Part shown: positions 25,087-34,094 of the stretch, piece after piece | Position numbering within the stretch: the first letter of the stretch is position 1 | Layout of the letters: every line of letters starts with the position of its first letter | Source of the DNA: Chloroflexota bacterium | GTDB lineage: Bacteria; Chloroflexota; Chloroflexia; QHBQ01; JADMIH01 | Assembly: GCA_039932335.1 (NCBI GenBank) | Contig: JBDTQH010000030.1 | Location: forward strand, 1,593-65,592 | Length of the DNA: 64,000 bases | Direction: 5' to 3' | Translations under genes and position numbers: made by a program | Notes under the pieces: generated by a model | What the model was told of the DNA's origin: nothing | Seen by the model: only the letters and a program-made list of their open reading frames with translations | The model's database searches: none

Positions 25087-25184
25087 GCAAGGCATTAAAC
25101 AGGGGCCGGCAGTGACAGGGGTGCAAGGTAGCATATTGGCGCGCTTGCACCGTCACTGCCAGACGCCCGCTTGAGGAGAGAGTT

Positions 25185-25682
25185 ATGGCAGATACATTTT
25201 CTTTCGACGTGGTGAGCGACTTTGACAGGCAAGAATTGGTGAACGCTATTGATCAGGCTGTGCGTGAGATACACACCCGCTATGATCTGAAAGATAGCAA
25301 GACCGACATAGACCTCGAAGCCGACAAGATCACAATCAACACCGACAGCGAATACCACCTGACAGCTATCAAAGATATCCTCCAGAGCAAAGCGGTCAAG
25401 CGGGGTCTGTCGCTCAAGATATTCAAGTTCGGCACGGCAGAGCCAGCGTCGGGTGGCCGTTACAGGCAGGTGGTGAACCTGCAGAAGGGCCTTAGCGACG
25501 AAATTGGCAAAGGCATATCGAAGGATATCAAGGCCAATTTCCCCAAGGTGCAGTCGCAGATACAGGGAGATGCACTGCGCATCACGGCCAAGAGCAAGGA
25601 CGAGCTACAGCGTGTTATCCAGCACCTCAGGGGCAAAGAAGACAGCCTTGATGTGCCGCTGCAATTTACGAACTACAGGTAA
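25185..25682 (+). CDS. yajQ: YajQ-family nucleotide-binding protein
   Basis: 165 aa. [31 protein letters not shown] is the typical UPF0234/YajQ N-terminus. Confidence 0.9.
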   Translation: MADTFSFDVVSDFDRQELVNAIDQAVREIHTRYDLKDSKTDIDLEADKITINTDSEYHLTAIKDILQSKAVKRGLSLKIFKFGTAEPASGGRYRQVVNLQKGLSDEIGKGISKDIKANFPKVQSQIQGDALRITAKSKDELQRVIQHLRGKEDSLDVPLQFTNYR

Positions 25683-25759
25683 TAGGTCGCGGTTCGGATC
25701 GGATTTACGCGCGTGAGCGCGGAACACCGGGCCGCTGACCCTGGATTCAAAAGGAATAT

Positions 25760-27196
25760 ATGCCAAAATTCAACATAGTTACACTCGGTTGCGAAAAGAA
25801 CAACGTAGATAGCGAAGGGATGGGCTCGCTCCTCACCGAGGCGGGCTACGAACAGAGTGCTGATCCGGCAGAGTCGGATATCCTTATAGTGAACACATGT
25901 GCGTTCCTCCAGGCGGCCGTTGACGAGTCGGTCGGGGAATTGCGCACACTGGCCGAGAAGAAGCGCGAAGGCCAGGTGCTTATCTCAGCCGGCTGCATGA
26001 GCCAGCGATACGCGGCCGATGTGCCCAATTGGGTTCCCGGCGTGGACGGCGTCCTCTCCACCCGAACATGGCCCGAAATAGTACCTTTCATCGAAAACCT
26101 GGCGCAAGCCAAAACAGGGGAAGGTCAGGATACAAAGCAGGCAGGACCATCACTGCTGGCCCCGCTCAATTTCCATGAGGGTGTAATCGGCACAAACATC
26201 GCCTGGGCACCCATAGCGCCCGTGCAGCCGACCGCGCAGCTAAAGCGATTCCGGCGCAAGGCCAAGGGACCGAGCGCATACGTCAAGATCAGCGAAGGGT
26301 GCGACCATAAGTGCGCATTCTGCATTATCCCTGCCATCCGCGGCAAGCATGTCTCACGGCCTATCGAAGAGATAGCAGATGAGATAGCAGAACTGTCGGA
26401 GCAGGGCGTCAAAGAGGCAGTGCTGATCGCGCAGGACAGCACCTATTATGGCATTGACCTGGGTATTCGTGATGGGTTGGCACGTCTATTCGATGCTATT
26501 GTAGAGCGTGCTCCCGGCATAATGTGGCTGCGCCTGATGTATGCCTATCCCACTCAGCTTACGCCGGCCATGATCGAAACAATGGCGAAGCACCCCCAGG
26601 TGGCGAAATACATCGACATTCCCCTGCAACATGCTCACCCCGACACGCTGAAGCGGATGAAGCGCCCTAATGACATGGAGCGCACTCGCAGGCTGATCGC
26701 AAGTATGCGCGAGGCCATGCCGGATATAGCCATCCGCACTACGTTTATTGTGGGCTTCCCCGGCGAGACCGACGAGGAGTTCCGCACGCTGCTCGATTTC
26801 ATCGACGAGATGCGCTTCGACAACGTGGGCATGTTCACTTACTCGCCCGAAAAGGGCACACCCGCCGCAGATATGCCCAATCAGGTCTCGGAGAAGATCA
26901 AGACGAAGCGATACCGGGAAGCGATGATGCGACAGCAGAAGATCAGCAGCGCCAGGAACCGCCTCCTGGTAGGCAAGACTATGGATGTACTCATAGATGG
27001 AACAGGCACGCTGGAAGACGGCTCAGGCCGTTTGGTGCCAATCTATGCAGGGCGCACATACCGGCAGGCTCCCGAAGTTGACGGAATGGTGTTCGTGAAA
27101 GCGCCGAAGGGCGTAGAGCTTGCGCAGGGCAGCGTAGTCAAAGTGCAGATCACTGAAAGCACAGAGTACGACCTGTGGGGTAAAGCCCGGGTCTAA
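25760..27196 (+). CDS. rimO: ribosomal protein S12 methylthiotransferase RimO (radical SAM MTTase)
   Basis: 478 aa. N-terminal LGCEKNxVDSE, radical-SAM CDHKCAFC, C-terminal TRAM domain. Confidence 0.9.
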   Translation: MPKFNIVTLGCEKNNVDSEGMGSLLTEAGYEQSADPAESDILIVNTCAFLQAAVDESVGELRTLAEKKREGQVLISAGCMSQRYAADVPNWVPGVDGVLSTRTWPEIVPFIENLAQAKTGEGQDTKQAGPSLLAPLNFHEGVIGTNIAWAPIAPVQPTAQLKRFRRKAKGPSAYVKISEGCDHKCAFCIIPAIRGKHVSRPIEEIADEIAELSEQGVKEAVLIAQDSTYYGIDLGIRDGLARLFDAIVERAPGIMWLRLMYAYPTQLTPAMIETMAKHPQVAKYIDIPLQHAHPDTLKRMKRPNDMERTRRLIASMREAMPDIAIRTTFIVGFPGETDEEFRTLLDFIDEMRFDNVGMFTYSPEKGTPAADMPNQVSEKIKTKRYREAMMRQQKISSARNRLLVGKTMDVLIDGTGTLEDGSGRLVPIYAGRTYRQAPEVDGMVFVKAPKGVELAQGSVVKVQITESTEYDLWGKARV

Positions 27197-27339
27197 CGTT
27201 GTTCAGTCACAGAGTGGAAGGGGCGTGTCCAGATGGCATGCTCCTTTTCTCTTTAACACCCTCTGACCCGAAATGTAGTTAGTAAGATTACCTGACTATA
27301 TTGATCTCTTATAAATGTTAGTGCCGGAAAGTAAAATTA

Positions 27340-27354
27340 GTAAGATATTCTTAC
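27340..27354. promoter_or_regulatory. candidate MarR operator
   Basis: Perfect inverted repeat GTAAGA-TAT-TCTTAC 19 nt upstream of the marR-family start. A second TTAGTAAGAT copy lies ~60 nt further upstream. Confidence 0.3.
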
Positions 27355-27372
27355 CGGAAACAGGAGATTTAT

Positions 27373-27816
27373 TTGACTGTCGACAGCGGCAACACTCTAG
27401 GAACGTTATTGGCCATGCTACAAAGTGCCGCCCTTGAGCATCTGCAAAGGAACCTTGCGGCTGCGGGATATGCAGACCTGCGCGTGGCGCATATGGCTGT
27501 CTTCCGTCATATTGATGCTGAACGAGGCTCGCGCCTATCCGGGCTTGCAGATAGTGCAGGCATAACCAAGCAATCTATGGGCTATCTGGTGGATTACCTT
27601 GAAGAGCAGGGCTATATCGAACGGCTGCCTGATCCGACGGATGGTAGAAGCAAGCTCATCAGGCTGACCGCAAAGGGCAAGGCTGTTTACACCATGATGA
27701 GGCTGTCTGACGGCGAGACAGCACAAGCCTGGTCAGATCTCTTGGGCGAAAATAAGATGAAGAAACTCCGGCAACTGCTTGACGAGTTAGCCGAGCTTCT
27801 TGGGAAGGCGGAATAA
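27373..27816 (+). CDS. MarR-family transcriptional regulator
   Basis: 147 aa. Winged-helix region LADSAGITKQSMGYLVDYLEEQGYIERLPDPTDGRSKLIRLTAKG. Confidence 0.85.
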   Translation: MTVDSGNTLGTLLAMLQSAALEHLQRNLAAAGYADLRVAHMAVFRHIDAERGSRLSGLADSAGITKQSMGYLVDYLEEQGYIERLPDPTDGRSKLIRLTAKGKAVYTMMRLSDGETAQAWSDLLGENKMKKLRQLLDELAELLGKAE

Positions 27817-27824
27817 GAGGATAC

Positions 27825-28271
27825 TTAGCGCCGCTTCCTGAACCTGGGCCGTGGATATTTCCGGAGGCTGCCTGTGATGCCGAGGCGCTGGGTGCTGCCT
27901 CCGTAGTCTGAGCCAAGCCACGACTCCATTATCTTGCCGCCCTGCACGCGATAGATGCTGAGGCCGCTCTCGGAGGAATGGGGATTGGCTGTAGTCTCGT
28001 CTTCGGCACTGGAGGGATCGGCCCCGCGAACTATCCAGCAGGCGGTTACCGTGTCGCCATCGGCTAGGAGTGATAGGAGCGTAAAATGAATGGTGGGGAA
28101 GAGCGCCCGGTAACCTGAGATGTACAGCTTTGCTGCCTCCAGTCCGGAGATTGCACCGCCCGCCGCGCTGAAGTCGTTGGCCAGTATTTCGCCGGCCGCG
28201 AGCATGTTACCATTATTCCATAGCTCATCGAAATAGCGCCGTACAAGGGTAATGCTCTGTTCCTGCTTCAT
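27825..28271 (-). CDS. SnoaL-like (NTF2-fold) protein / predicted ester cyclase
   Basis: 148 aa. LVRRYFDELWNNGNMLAAGEILANDF is the typical SnoaL-like N-terminus. Confidence 0.65.
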   Translation of the reverse strand: MKQEQSITLVRRYFDELWNNGNMLAAGEILANDFSAAGGAISGLEAAKLYISGYRALFPTIHFTLLSLLADGDTVTACWIVRGADPSSAEDETTANPHSSESGLSIYRVQGGKIMESWLGSDYGGSTQRLGITGSLRKYPRPRFRKRR

Positions 28272-28610
28272 TTCACACCTCTCTACAAGCCGCGTATACC
28301 GGAAAATGCTTTGGCGAGATCGGGTAGTAGGAACAGCCTTGCTGCAATATTACCACGGCTGTCAATAGCCCTGACTACTGGCCCCGGGCTGATGCAAACT
28401 CGGCTTAGGGAGCGCCCTTTGGGCGGTGTCATTCTTCACTTTGTTCAGAATCAACCTCCATAGCAATCTGTCATGGATAGTGATTCTTCACTTCGTTCAG
28501 AATGACAAAGTCTGGGTGGTGCTCGGTTCACCGGCATTTCCGTCTTTGCATCGGCCCTGACTACTGTCCTACATTCATGGGCGTCGTGTTGAGGTGCGTC
28601 TTTATAGTCC

Positions 28611-28647
28611 GGAAAACAAAAAGAGCACCACCTGTGTGGGGTGCTCT
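28611..28647 (-). terminator. intrinsic terminator after the glycerophosphodiesterase gene
   Basis: AGAGCACC(28622-29)/GGTGCTCT(28640-47) stem. The minus strand then reads TTTTTGTTTTCC. Confidence 0.55.
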
Positions 28648-28666
28648 TTCTTTAATGCTAGAGATG

Positions 28667-29398
28667 CTACTGGTTGAACAGTTCTTTCAGGAGGCTTGGC
28701 CTGTCGCTCACCATGCCATCTATGCCTGCCGCTACTACAGCGAGCATATCGGCTTCTTCATTGGCTGTATAGACGAACACTAATTTCCCAAGCTCATGCG
28801 CTTTAGCGATCTGCTCTGGGTGAGCGACTGCCGTGCGGAAGTAGGGGCAGTATGCCTGGATATTGTCGTCAGGCTGTACGAACTTCTCCTCGAAGTATTC
28901 GTAAAGGTAGCCAAGGGGTATGGTGGCGTCAAGTGTACGCATCTTCCTGATGGCTGGATGATCGAACGAGATGCACCAGAGGTTTTCCGCGCCTCGCAAC
29001 CACATTTCAGCCAGCAGCGCGGCCACTTTCTCCTCCATGCCTATATAGAGGGCAGGGGATTTCAGCTCAATAACCACGCCCACACCGGCATCCACACACA
29101 GATCGAGCACTTCACGCAGGGTAGGTATGCGCTCCTCCGCATATTCCGGGCCGAAATGAGCGCCTGCGCTCAGCTTGCGTAGCTCATCGTACGTGTAGTC
29201 GCCAACCGCGCCACTGCCGTTTGTTGTGCGGTCCAGGGTTTCGTCGTGTATCACCATTAGCTCACCGTCGCTGGACATCTGCACGTCCAACTCAACGTAG
29301 CGCATACCCAGGTCGATGGCGTGCTGGAAGGCTGCCATCGTATTCTCAGGCGCTTCGAGCGATCCGCCACGGTGGGCAATAAGGATAGGGAGTTGCAT
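28667..29398 (-). CDS. glycerophosphodiester phosphodiesterase
   Basis: IAHRGGSLEAPENT motif. I prefer ATG 29398 (AGGAGA RBS) over the GTG at 29413. Confidence 0.85.
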   Translation of the reverse strand: MQLPILIAHRGGSLEAPENTMAAFQHAIDLGMRYVELDVQMSSDGELMVIHDETLDRTTNGSGAVGDYTYDELRKLSAGAHFGPEYAEERIPTLREVLDLCVDAGVGVVIELKSPALYIGMEEKVAALLAEMWLRGAENLWCISFDHPAIRKMRTLDATIPLGYLYEYFEEKFVQPDDNIQAYCPYFRTAVAHPEQIAKAHELGKLVFVYTANEEADMLAVVAAGIDGMVSDRPSLLKELFNQ

Positions 29399-29462
29399 TG
29401 GTTCTCCTGACACAGAATGCCGGTGCGCTGTCTATTCAACCACCGTGCATGCTTGCTGTCCG

Positions 29463-30158
29463 CTAAAGAAAGTCTTTGACCGGCCAACCCTCGCGTTGCG
29501 CGATGACCTGCATCTTCTCTTTGGGGTTGATTACGACCGGGTTGCCGAATAGACGTAATACCTCGTGGTCGGTATGGTGATCGGCGTAGGCGTAAGACTG
29601 TGCGAAATCGAGCCCATGCTCTTTGGCAAAGTGTTGAATGAGCACGGCTTTGTAGGTTCCATAGGGATAATCGCCCAGGATCTTGCCGGTCAGCTTGCCG
29701 TTCTTCACTTCCATGCGTGCTGCGATCAAGTGGTCGGCGCCCAGGTACTCCTTCAAAGGCTCAAGCAAGAAATCGAGCGACCCCGATAGGAGCACTGTCG
29801 TGTGGCCCTTCGCCCTGTGCTCGTTGAAAGCCTCTATGCCTGCCTCTGATAATCGCGGCTTTATTTCCGTCTCGAAGCAGGCGTGTGCCAGCCTGCGCAT
29901 CTTCTCATAGGGCTGCCCGGCGAGATAGGCGCGCTGGCGGCGTATTGTCTCGAAAGGCGATGTGCGTGGGAACTGCTTGAGTATGAAATAAGCAGTCTGC
30001 ACTACTGCCCGCGCGCCCAGGATGCGCTTCTTGAGCAGATAGCGGATGAATATTCGCTCCGTCGTCGTGACCGGTATCAGCGTGCGATCTACGTCGAACA
30101 CTGCCGCAACCATCAGGAGCTGTACGGGGGGTTGTATATTGCCGGTATCGTCTTGCAT
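29463..30158 (-). CDS. HAD-IB family hydrolase (SerB-related phosphatase)
   Basis: HAD motif I AVFDVDRTLI and motif IV AYADHHTDH. The start could be ATG 30158 or 30113. The longer ORF would overlap the upstream gene. Confidence 0.7.
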   Translation of the reverse strand: MQDDTGNIQPPVQLLMVAAVFDVDRTLIPVTTTERIFIRYLLKKRILGARAVVQTAYFILKQFPRTSPFETIRRQRAYLAGQPYEKMRRLAHACFETEIKPRLSEAGIEAFNEHRAKGHTTVLLSGSLDFLLEPLKEYLGADHLIAARMEVKNGKLTGKILGDYPYGTYKAVLIQHFAKEHGLDFAQSYAYADHHTDHEVLRLFGNPVVINPKEKMQVIAQREGWPVKDFL

Positions 30159-30178
30159 GTTGGGTAACTGTTGCGTCT

Positions 30179-30838
30179 TTATGGCTTGAGGTAGTGTCGG
30201 CTGTCCCACACAACCACCGCGCCGCGCAGCACTGAGTAAATTATAGTGAAAAATGCCAGAACTATGCCAATGGTCTGCATTATGCTCAACGCGTTGCCGA
30301 AGTTGCGTGCCCATTCGGCGTCACGAGCAACCTGCACCGTGAGGGCCATTTGCAGCAGGAGCCAGATGAAAGTAACCACTTTTGCTGACCCGTACAGCGC
30401 CCGATTGAAGCGCGAGGCAGCCAGCCAGGTTCCGAACTTCGACTCCATCATGGTCGTTTCGCCGAACGCGGTCTTGCCTTCTGCCAGAGCGAGCGTGCGG
30501 AACGCATCTACGGTGAACGAGCGGGTGATCTGGATAATGGGGAACCAGACGGAAATCAGGCCTAGATGAGCGAACACTACCCAGTATACGTTTTCAACGA
30601 TCCTGTCGCCCGCAATGTCTATGACTGCGCCGAGGGCGTTGGCTTCCCCGCGTGCGCGGGCTACCACGCCGTCGATGGCGTCACCGATGAACACGATAAA
30701 CGTGAGTACGGTAGCGACAAGCAGCCAGATGGGTTCTCCCTGTGGACCTCCACCGGCCCAACCCAGGTATATAAACCCTATTGTGATGAAAAGCAGCACT
30801 ACACGCGCTGCTGTGAGGAGGTTAGCCATACTCTCCAC
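30179..30838 (-). CDS. CDP-alcohol phosphatidyltransferase
   Basis: 219 aa. Signature DAIDGVVARARGEANALGAVIDIAGDRI, i.e. D-x2-DG-x2-AR-x8-G-x3-D-x3-D. Confidence 0.85.
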   Translation of the reverse strand: MESMANLLTAARVVLLFITIGFIYLGWAGGGPQGEPIWLLVATVLTFIVFIGDAIDGVVARARGEANALGAVIDIAGDRIVENVYWVVFAHLGLISVWFPIIQITRSFTVDAFRTLALAEGKTAFGETTMMESKFGTWLAASRFNRALYGSAKVVTFIWLLLQMALTVQVARDAEWARNFGNALSIMQTIGIVLAFFTIIYSVLRGAVVVWDSRHYLKP

Positions 30839-30883
30839 TTATATAGTTATAGTGAGCGGCAGCTACTTTTCGCCGCCCAGCAT

Positions 30884-31849
30884 TCAGGTTGCCTGCTCGC
30901 CTGCCTCTTCCGGCCTGGGCCATACAGGCTGCAATAATCCCCACTGTTCGGGATTCTGGCCGATGTGATACTCGAATCGGTCGAATATCTTCTGTAATAA
31001 TACCCGCACGTCTGCTTCGTTGGAGGCAGAGCCTTGCGGCTCAATAGGCTCATCCCATGTCAGGGAGAAGCGGTAGTTGTTCAGGCGCCGCGCGATACCT
31101 ATAACGATAGGCACTCGCGTTCTGAGCGACATTTTAGCGGCTCCGGCGGCGACTACCGTGTCGTGCCCGAAGAACTTCACTGTAACACCCCTTTGCTCGA
31201 GGTTGCGGTCGGCCACGACGCCCAGAGTGCCTCCGTTGCGCAGCAATGATACGCTTTGCTTGAGCGCGCCGAGGTTTACGCCTGGGCCTTCTTCTTCGTC
31301 GACCATAATCAGGTCGAGGCCGCGGTCAGCGCGCAGGTCAGTGAGAAAATCGGAGAGCCAGGCCGGTTTTATCTGGGCGACCAGTACCGTCACAGGCAGA
31401 CCATGCCGCGCCAGCACCTGGGTGACCATGTCGAAGGAGCCATAGTGCGCGCTCACCATCAACACGCCTCTGCCCTGGTTGTGAATAGCCATGATGCGTT
31501 CCCAACCGGCAGCATCAAAGTCGATCATACGGTCGATATCGGCATCAGTCATGTCGGGAGCGCGGCAAAGCTCGTAGTAGTTGCGGGCAACATTGTGAAA
31601 GACATGCCTTACAGCCTTTTTGAGCTTGCGCCTGGGCGTGGGGCCCATAACATGCCCAATGTTGCTGATCGCTGCCCGGCGTGACTTTGATGCAATCCGA
31701 TATGCAAATTCCCCCATCACGGCTGCCAGAGGGTGGCCGACGCGTGGGGGAATCCGTCCGATGAATATTCGCGCTACCTTCATCATTTGCGTTCTCATGC
31801 CGCGTGGGCGTGAAGTCGCGTCATAATTAGGGGCTGCGCTTGTTGGCAT
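30884..31849 (-). CDS. lysophospholipid/lipid A-type acyltransferase (LpxL/HtrB family)
   Basis: 321 aa. VSAHYGSFD (the HX4D-type region) and overall HtrB-like layout. Confidence 0.75.
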   Translation of the reverse strand: MPTSAAPNYDATSRPRGMRTQMMKVARIFIGRIPPRVGHPLAAVMGEFAYRIASKSRRAAISNIGHVMGPTPRRKLKKAVRHVFHNVARNYYELCRAPDMTDADIDRMIDFDAAGWERIMAIHNQGRGVLMVSAHYGSFDMVTQVLARHGLPVTVLVAQIKPAWLSDFLTDLRADRGLDLIMVDEEEGPGVNLGALKQSVSLLRNGGTLGVVADRNLEQRGVTVKFFGHDTVVAAGAAKMSLRTRVPIVIGIARRLNNYRFSLTWDEPIEPQGSASNEADVRVLLQKIFDRFEYHIGQNPEQWGLLQPVWPRPEEAGEQAT

Positions 31850-31858
31850 TATTGCTCG

Positions 31859-32320
31859 TTACGACTGGCCGTTGGCGCCGGCTGCCCGCGCCTGGCTGAT
31901 CCAATCATCAATAGTGGCGGTTCCACCGATTACTTCAATCTGAGAGGCAATACTTTCGGAATCCGCATTGACGAGATCGCCGATACTGTGGATGCCGATT
32001 GCCTGGAGGCGTGCCTCATAAGCCGGACCGATTCCGTTGATGTCAATCAGACGGCCACTGTTGTCTGAGGCCATTTCTACGGTATCATCCAGTCGAGTAG
32101 TGGTGCTCACCGAGCTGCTCGACACATCGCTTGCAGGCTGGGTGGACGCAGTTGCGGGCACGTCTATTTCAACGGGCGTTTCCTGGAACTCGAAACCGGA
32201 GTCCAGATCATCGAAATCATCAAAATCGTCATCATCCCCACCCATTACCCTGCTTGCGACGTAGGCGACTACGGCCAAGATTAGGCCGATGATGAGCAGA
32301 CGAAAAAGCCGGCGCAGCAT
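31859..32320 (-). CDS. membrane-anchored helix-hairpin-helix protein
   Basis: 153 aa, AAGGAGG RBS. N-terminal TM segment, acidic DDDDFDDFDD stretch, C-terminal INGIGPAYEARLQAIGIHSIGDL (HhH). Confidence 0.6.
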   Translation of the reverse strand: MLRRLFRLLIIGLILAVVAYVASRVMGGDDDDFDDFDDLDSGFEFQETPVEIDVPATASTQPASDVSSSSVSTTTRLDDTVEMASDNSGRLIDINGIGPAYEARLQAIGIHSIGDLVNADSESIASQIEVIGGTATIDDWISQARAAGANGQS

Positions 32321-32457
32321 GAAATTATTCCTCCTTGAAGATAGTTGCTGTTTGTGTCATAGCAAATGGCCCGATCGGCATTTTTCACATTATAGCCGAA
32401 GCGTGGCAGAGGAACAAGGGATTATGAGATTGTTACTGGCACATACCTGACGAGGGG

Positions 32458-32742
32458 TTAGTACTGTTTACTCTCTACGGTTTCAACTATACGTGCCTGG
32501 GGATTCCGCATAATCGTTCCCTCAACACGGCCCCATACCTCGCGCATTGCGGCAAGGAACACTTCGGCGTCGTTACGGGTGTCAAACTCAAGGTCAATCA
32601 TCACATAGTTCGGGTCGTCTATTAAGCGTGATATGCTATAGCGTTGTACTCTCGTACGCTCCCGACCTACAGGGTCGCTGTCGAATGCTGCTTTCCAGCC
32701 TTCATAGCTGGGAACGGGGTGTTCGATCCTTACCATAAACAT
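32458..32742 (-). CDS. small hypothetical protein
   Basis: 94 aa counted from the internal ATG. Hydrophilic alpha/beta-like sequence with no recognisable motif. Confidence 0.4.
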   Translation of the reverse strand: MFMVRIEHPVPSYEGWKAAFDSDPVGRERTRVQRYSISRLIDDPNYVMIDLEFDTRNDAEVFLAAMREVWGRVEGTIMRNPQARIVETVESKQY

Positions 32743-32876
32743 AGTGGCCCTCTTCGCTTTCGCTCGACTTGCAGCCAACATAATGTATTGCCTGGTAAGT
32801 ACCGACCGCAAGTATCAGGTCGAATTGTGAAGGGTCGCTTACTGTCGGCGCTGCATTCTCATGTATACAGACTATT

Positions 32877-32918
32877 GTTTCACGTGAAACATCCACAGCA
32901 GGATGTTTCACGTGAAAC
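32877..32918. repeat. perfect 18-bp inverted repeat with 6-nt spacer, containing two copies of the palindrome GTTTCACGTGAAAC
   Basis: GTTTCACGTGAAACATCC-ACAGCA-GGATGTTTCACGTGAAAC, 28 nt downstream of the dnaN stop. Confidence 0.9.
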
Positions 32919-32945
32919 GTTGGTATCTACGGCAAACCGCTGTAC

Positions 32946-34094
32946 TTACCTGTTGGGCAGATACATAGGCATGATAACGTGCAGGAATTCGTCCTCGCCC
33001 ACCGGCTTAAGCACAGCAGGCGACTGGTAGGTCTTAGTTTCGATAGCAACCTGTGACGTCTTTATGACGCCCAGCACATCGATCAGGAAGCGCCCGTTGA
33101 GAGCAACTTGCCCCGCCTCGCCATCTACCACGCAATCAAGCTGGCTCACGTTGTCGCCAACCTCAGCGGCATTGGCCGATACGGTGATAACGCCCGGTGT
33201 GAGGTCGGCGCCCGGCTCTACCTGCACCCGCACAATATTGGCTGAATCCTTCGCAAAGATAGATGCCATACGCACAGCCTTCAAGAGGTCGGCCGTAGCA
33301 ATCACCGTGCGTGTGCCCCAGTCGGGCGGAATAACACGGTTGATGTCCACGTAGTTCCCCTCTACAAGCCGTGAGGTGACTTCGAGGTTATCGTGGCGGA
33401 ATAATACCTGGTTGCGGCCCGGCGTCAACACGAGGCTGACCGGCTCTGCGTCTTCGCCGTCAACATCAGGCAGCACACGTGCCAGCTCCACCATCGATCG
33501 GGAGGGCACAATCAGCTTGAGCACCGCTTCAACAGGAGCGTCCAGGTGGGTGACACGGCGCGACAGACGGAAACCATCGGCGGCGGCCATTGTCATCTCG
33601 CGGCCCTCTATCTGCACGAACACGCCTGCCAGTTGCGGGCGGCTGTCGTCACCGGAAGCGGCGAAGGCCACCTGCCCGATCATCTCCTTGAGCAGCGGGG
33701 CGGGTATACGAGCAACAGGCTTCTCGGTCACTTCCGGAATAATCGGAAACTCCTCAGCCGAGATGCCCTTGATGTTGGCCTCGAAGCGGGCGCACTTCAG
33801 GTGAAGGGTGCGCGTTCGCTCGTCCAGGGTCATCTTCACATGCTCGTTGGGGAGCGACGACACGAAATCTACCAGCAGCTTGGCGGGCACTGTGATCGCA
33901 CCTTCTTCTTCGACCTGGCAGCCGATCCAGTTGGTTATGCCTACTTCCAGGTTGGTGGCTGTCAGCTTGAGCCGCCCACCGTCCGTGGAAATAAGTATGT
34001 TGTTGAGGACAGGGAGTGTGGTCTTGTTGGCGACCGCCTTGCCGACTGTCTGGAGACCTTTGTGCAGGTTCTCCTGCAAACACGATACTTTCAT
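32946..34094 (-). CDS. dnaN: DNA polymerase III beta sliding clamp
   Basis: 382 aa. MKVSCLQENLHKGLQTVGKAV...LPVLNNILI N-terminus and a three-domain length typical of DnaN. Confidence 0.95.
   Translation of the reverse strand: MKVSCLQENLHKGLQTVGKAVANKTTLPVLNNILISTDGGRLKLTATNLEVGITNWIGCQVEEEGAITVPAKLLVDFVSSLPNEHVKMTLDERTRTLHLKCARFEANIKGISAEEFPIIPEVTEKPVARIPAPLLKEMIGQVAFAASGDDSRPQLAGVFVQIEGREMTMAAADGFRLSRRVTHLDAPVEAVLKLIVPSRSMVELARVLPDVDGEDAEPVSLVLTPGRNQVLFRHDNLEVTSRLVEGNYVDINRVIPPDWGTRTVIATADLLKAVRMASIFAKDSANIVRVQVEPGADLTPGVITVSANAAEVGDNVSQLDCVVDGEAGQVALNGRFLIDVLGVIKTSQVAIETKTYQSPAVLKPVGEDEFLHVIMPMYLPNR

Noticed and set aside
29463-30314. The full-length 283-aa version of the HAD gene.
   Set aside because: Its first 52 codons overlap the 3' end of the CDP-alcohol phosphatidyltransferase gene. 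HAD motif I (FDVDRT) lies near the internal ATGs at 30158 and 30113.
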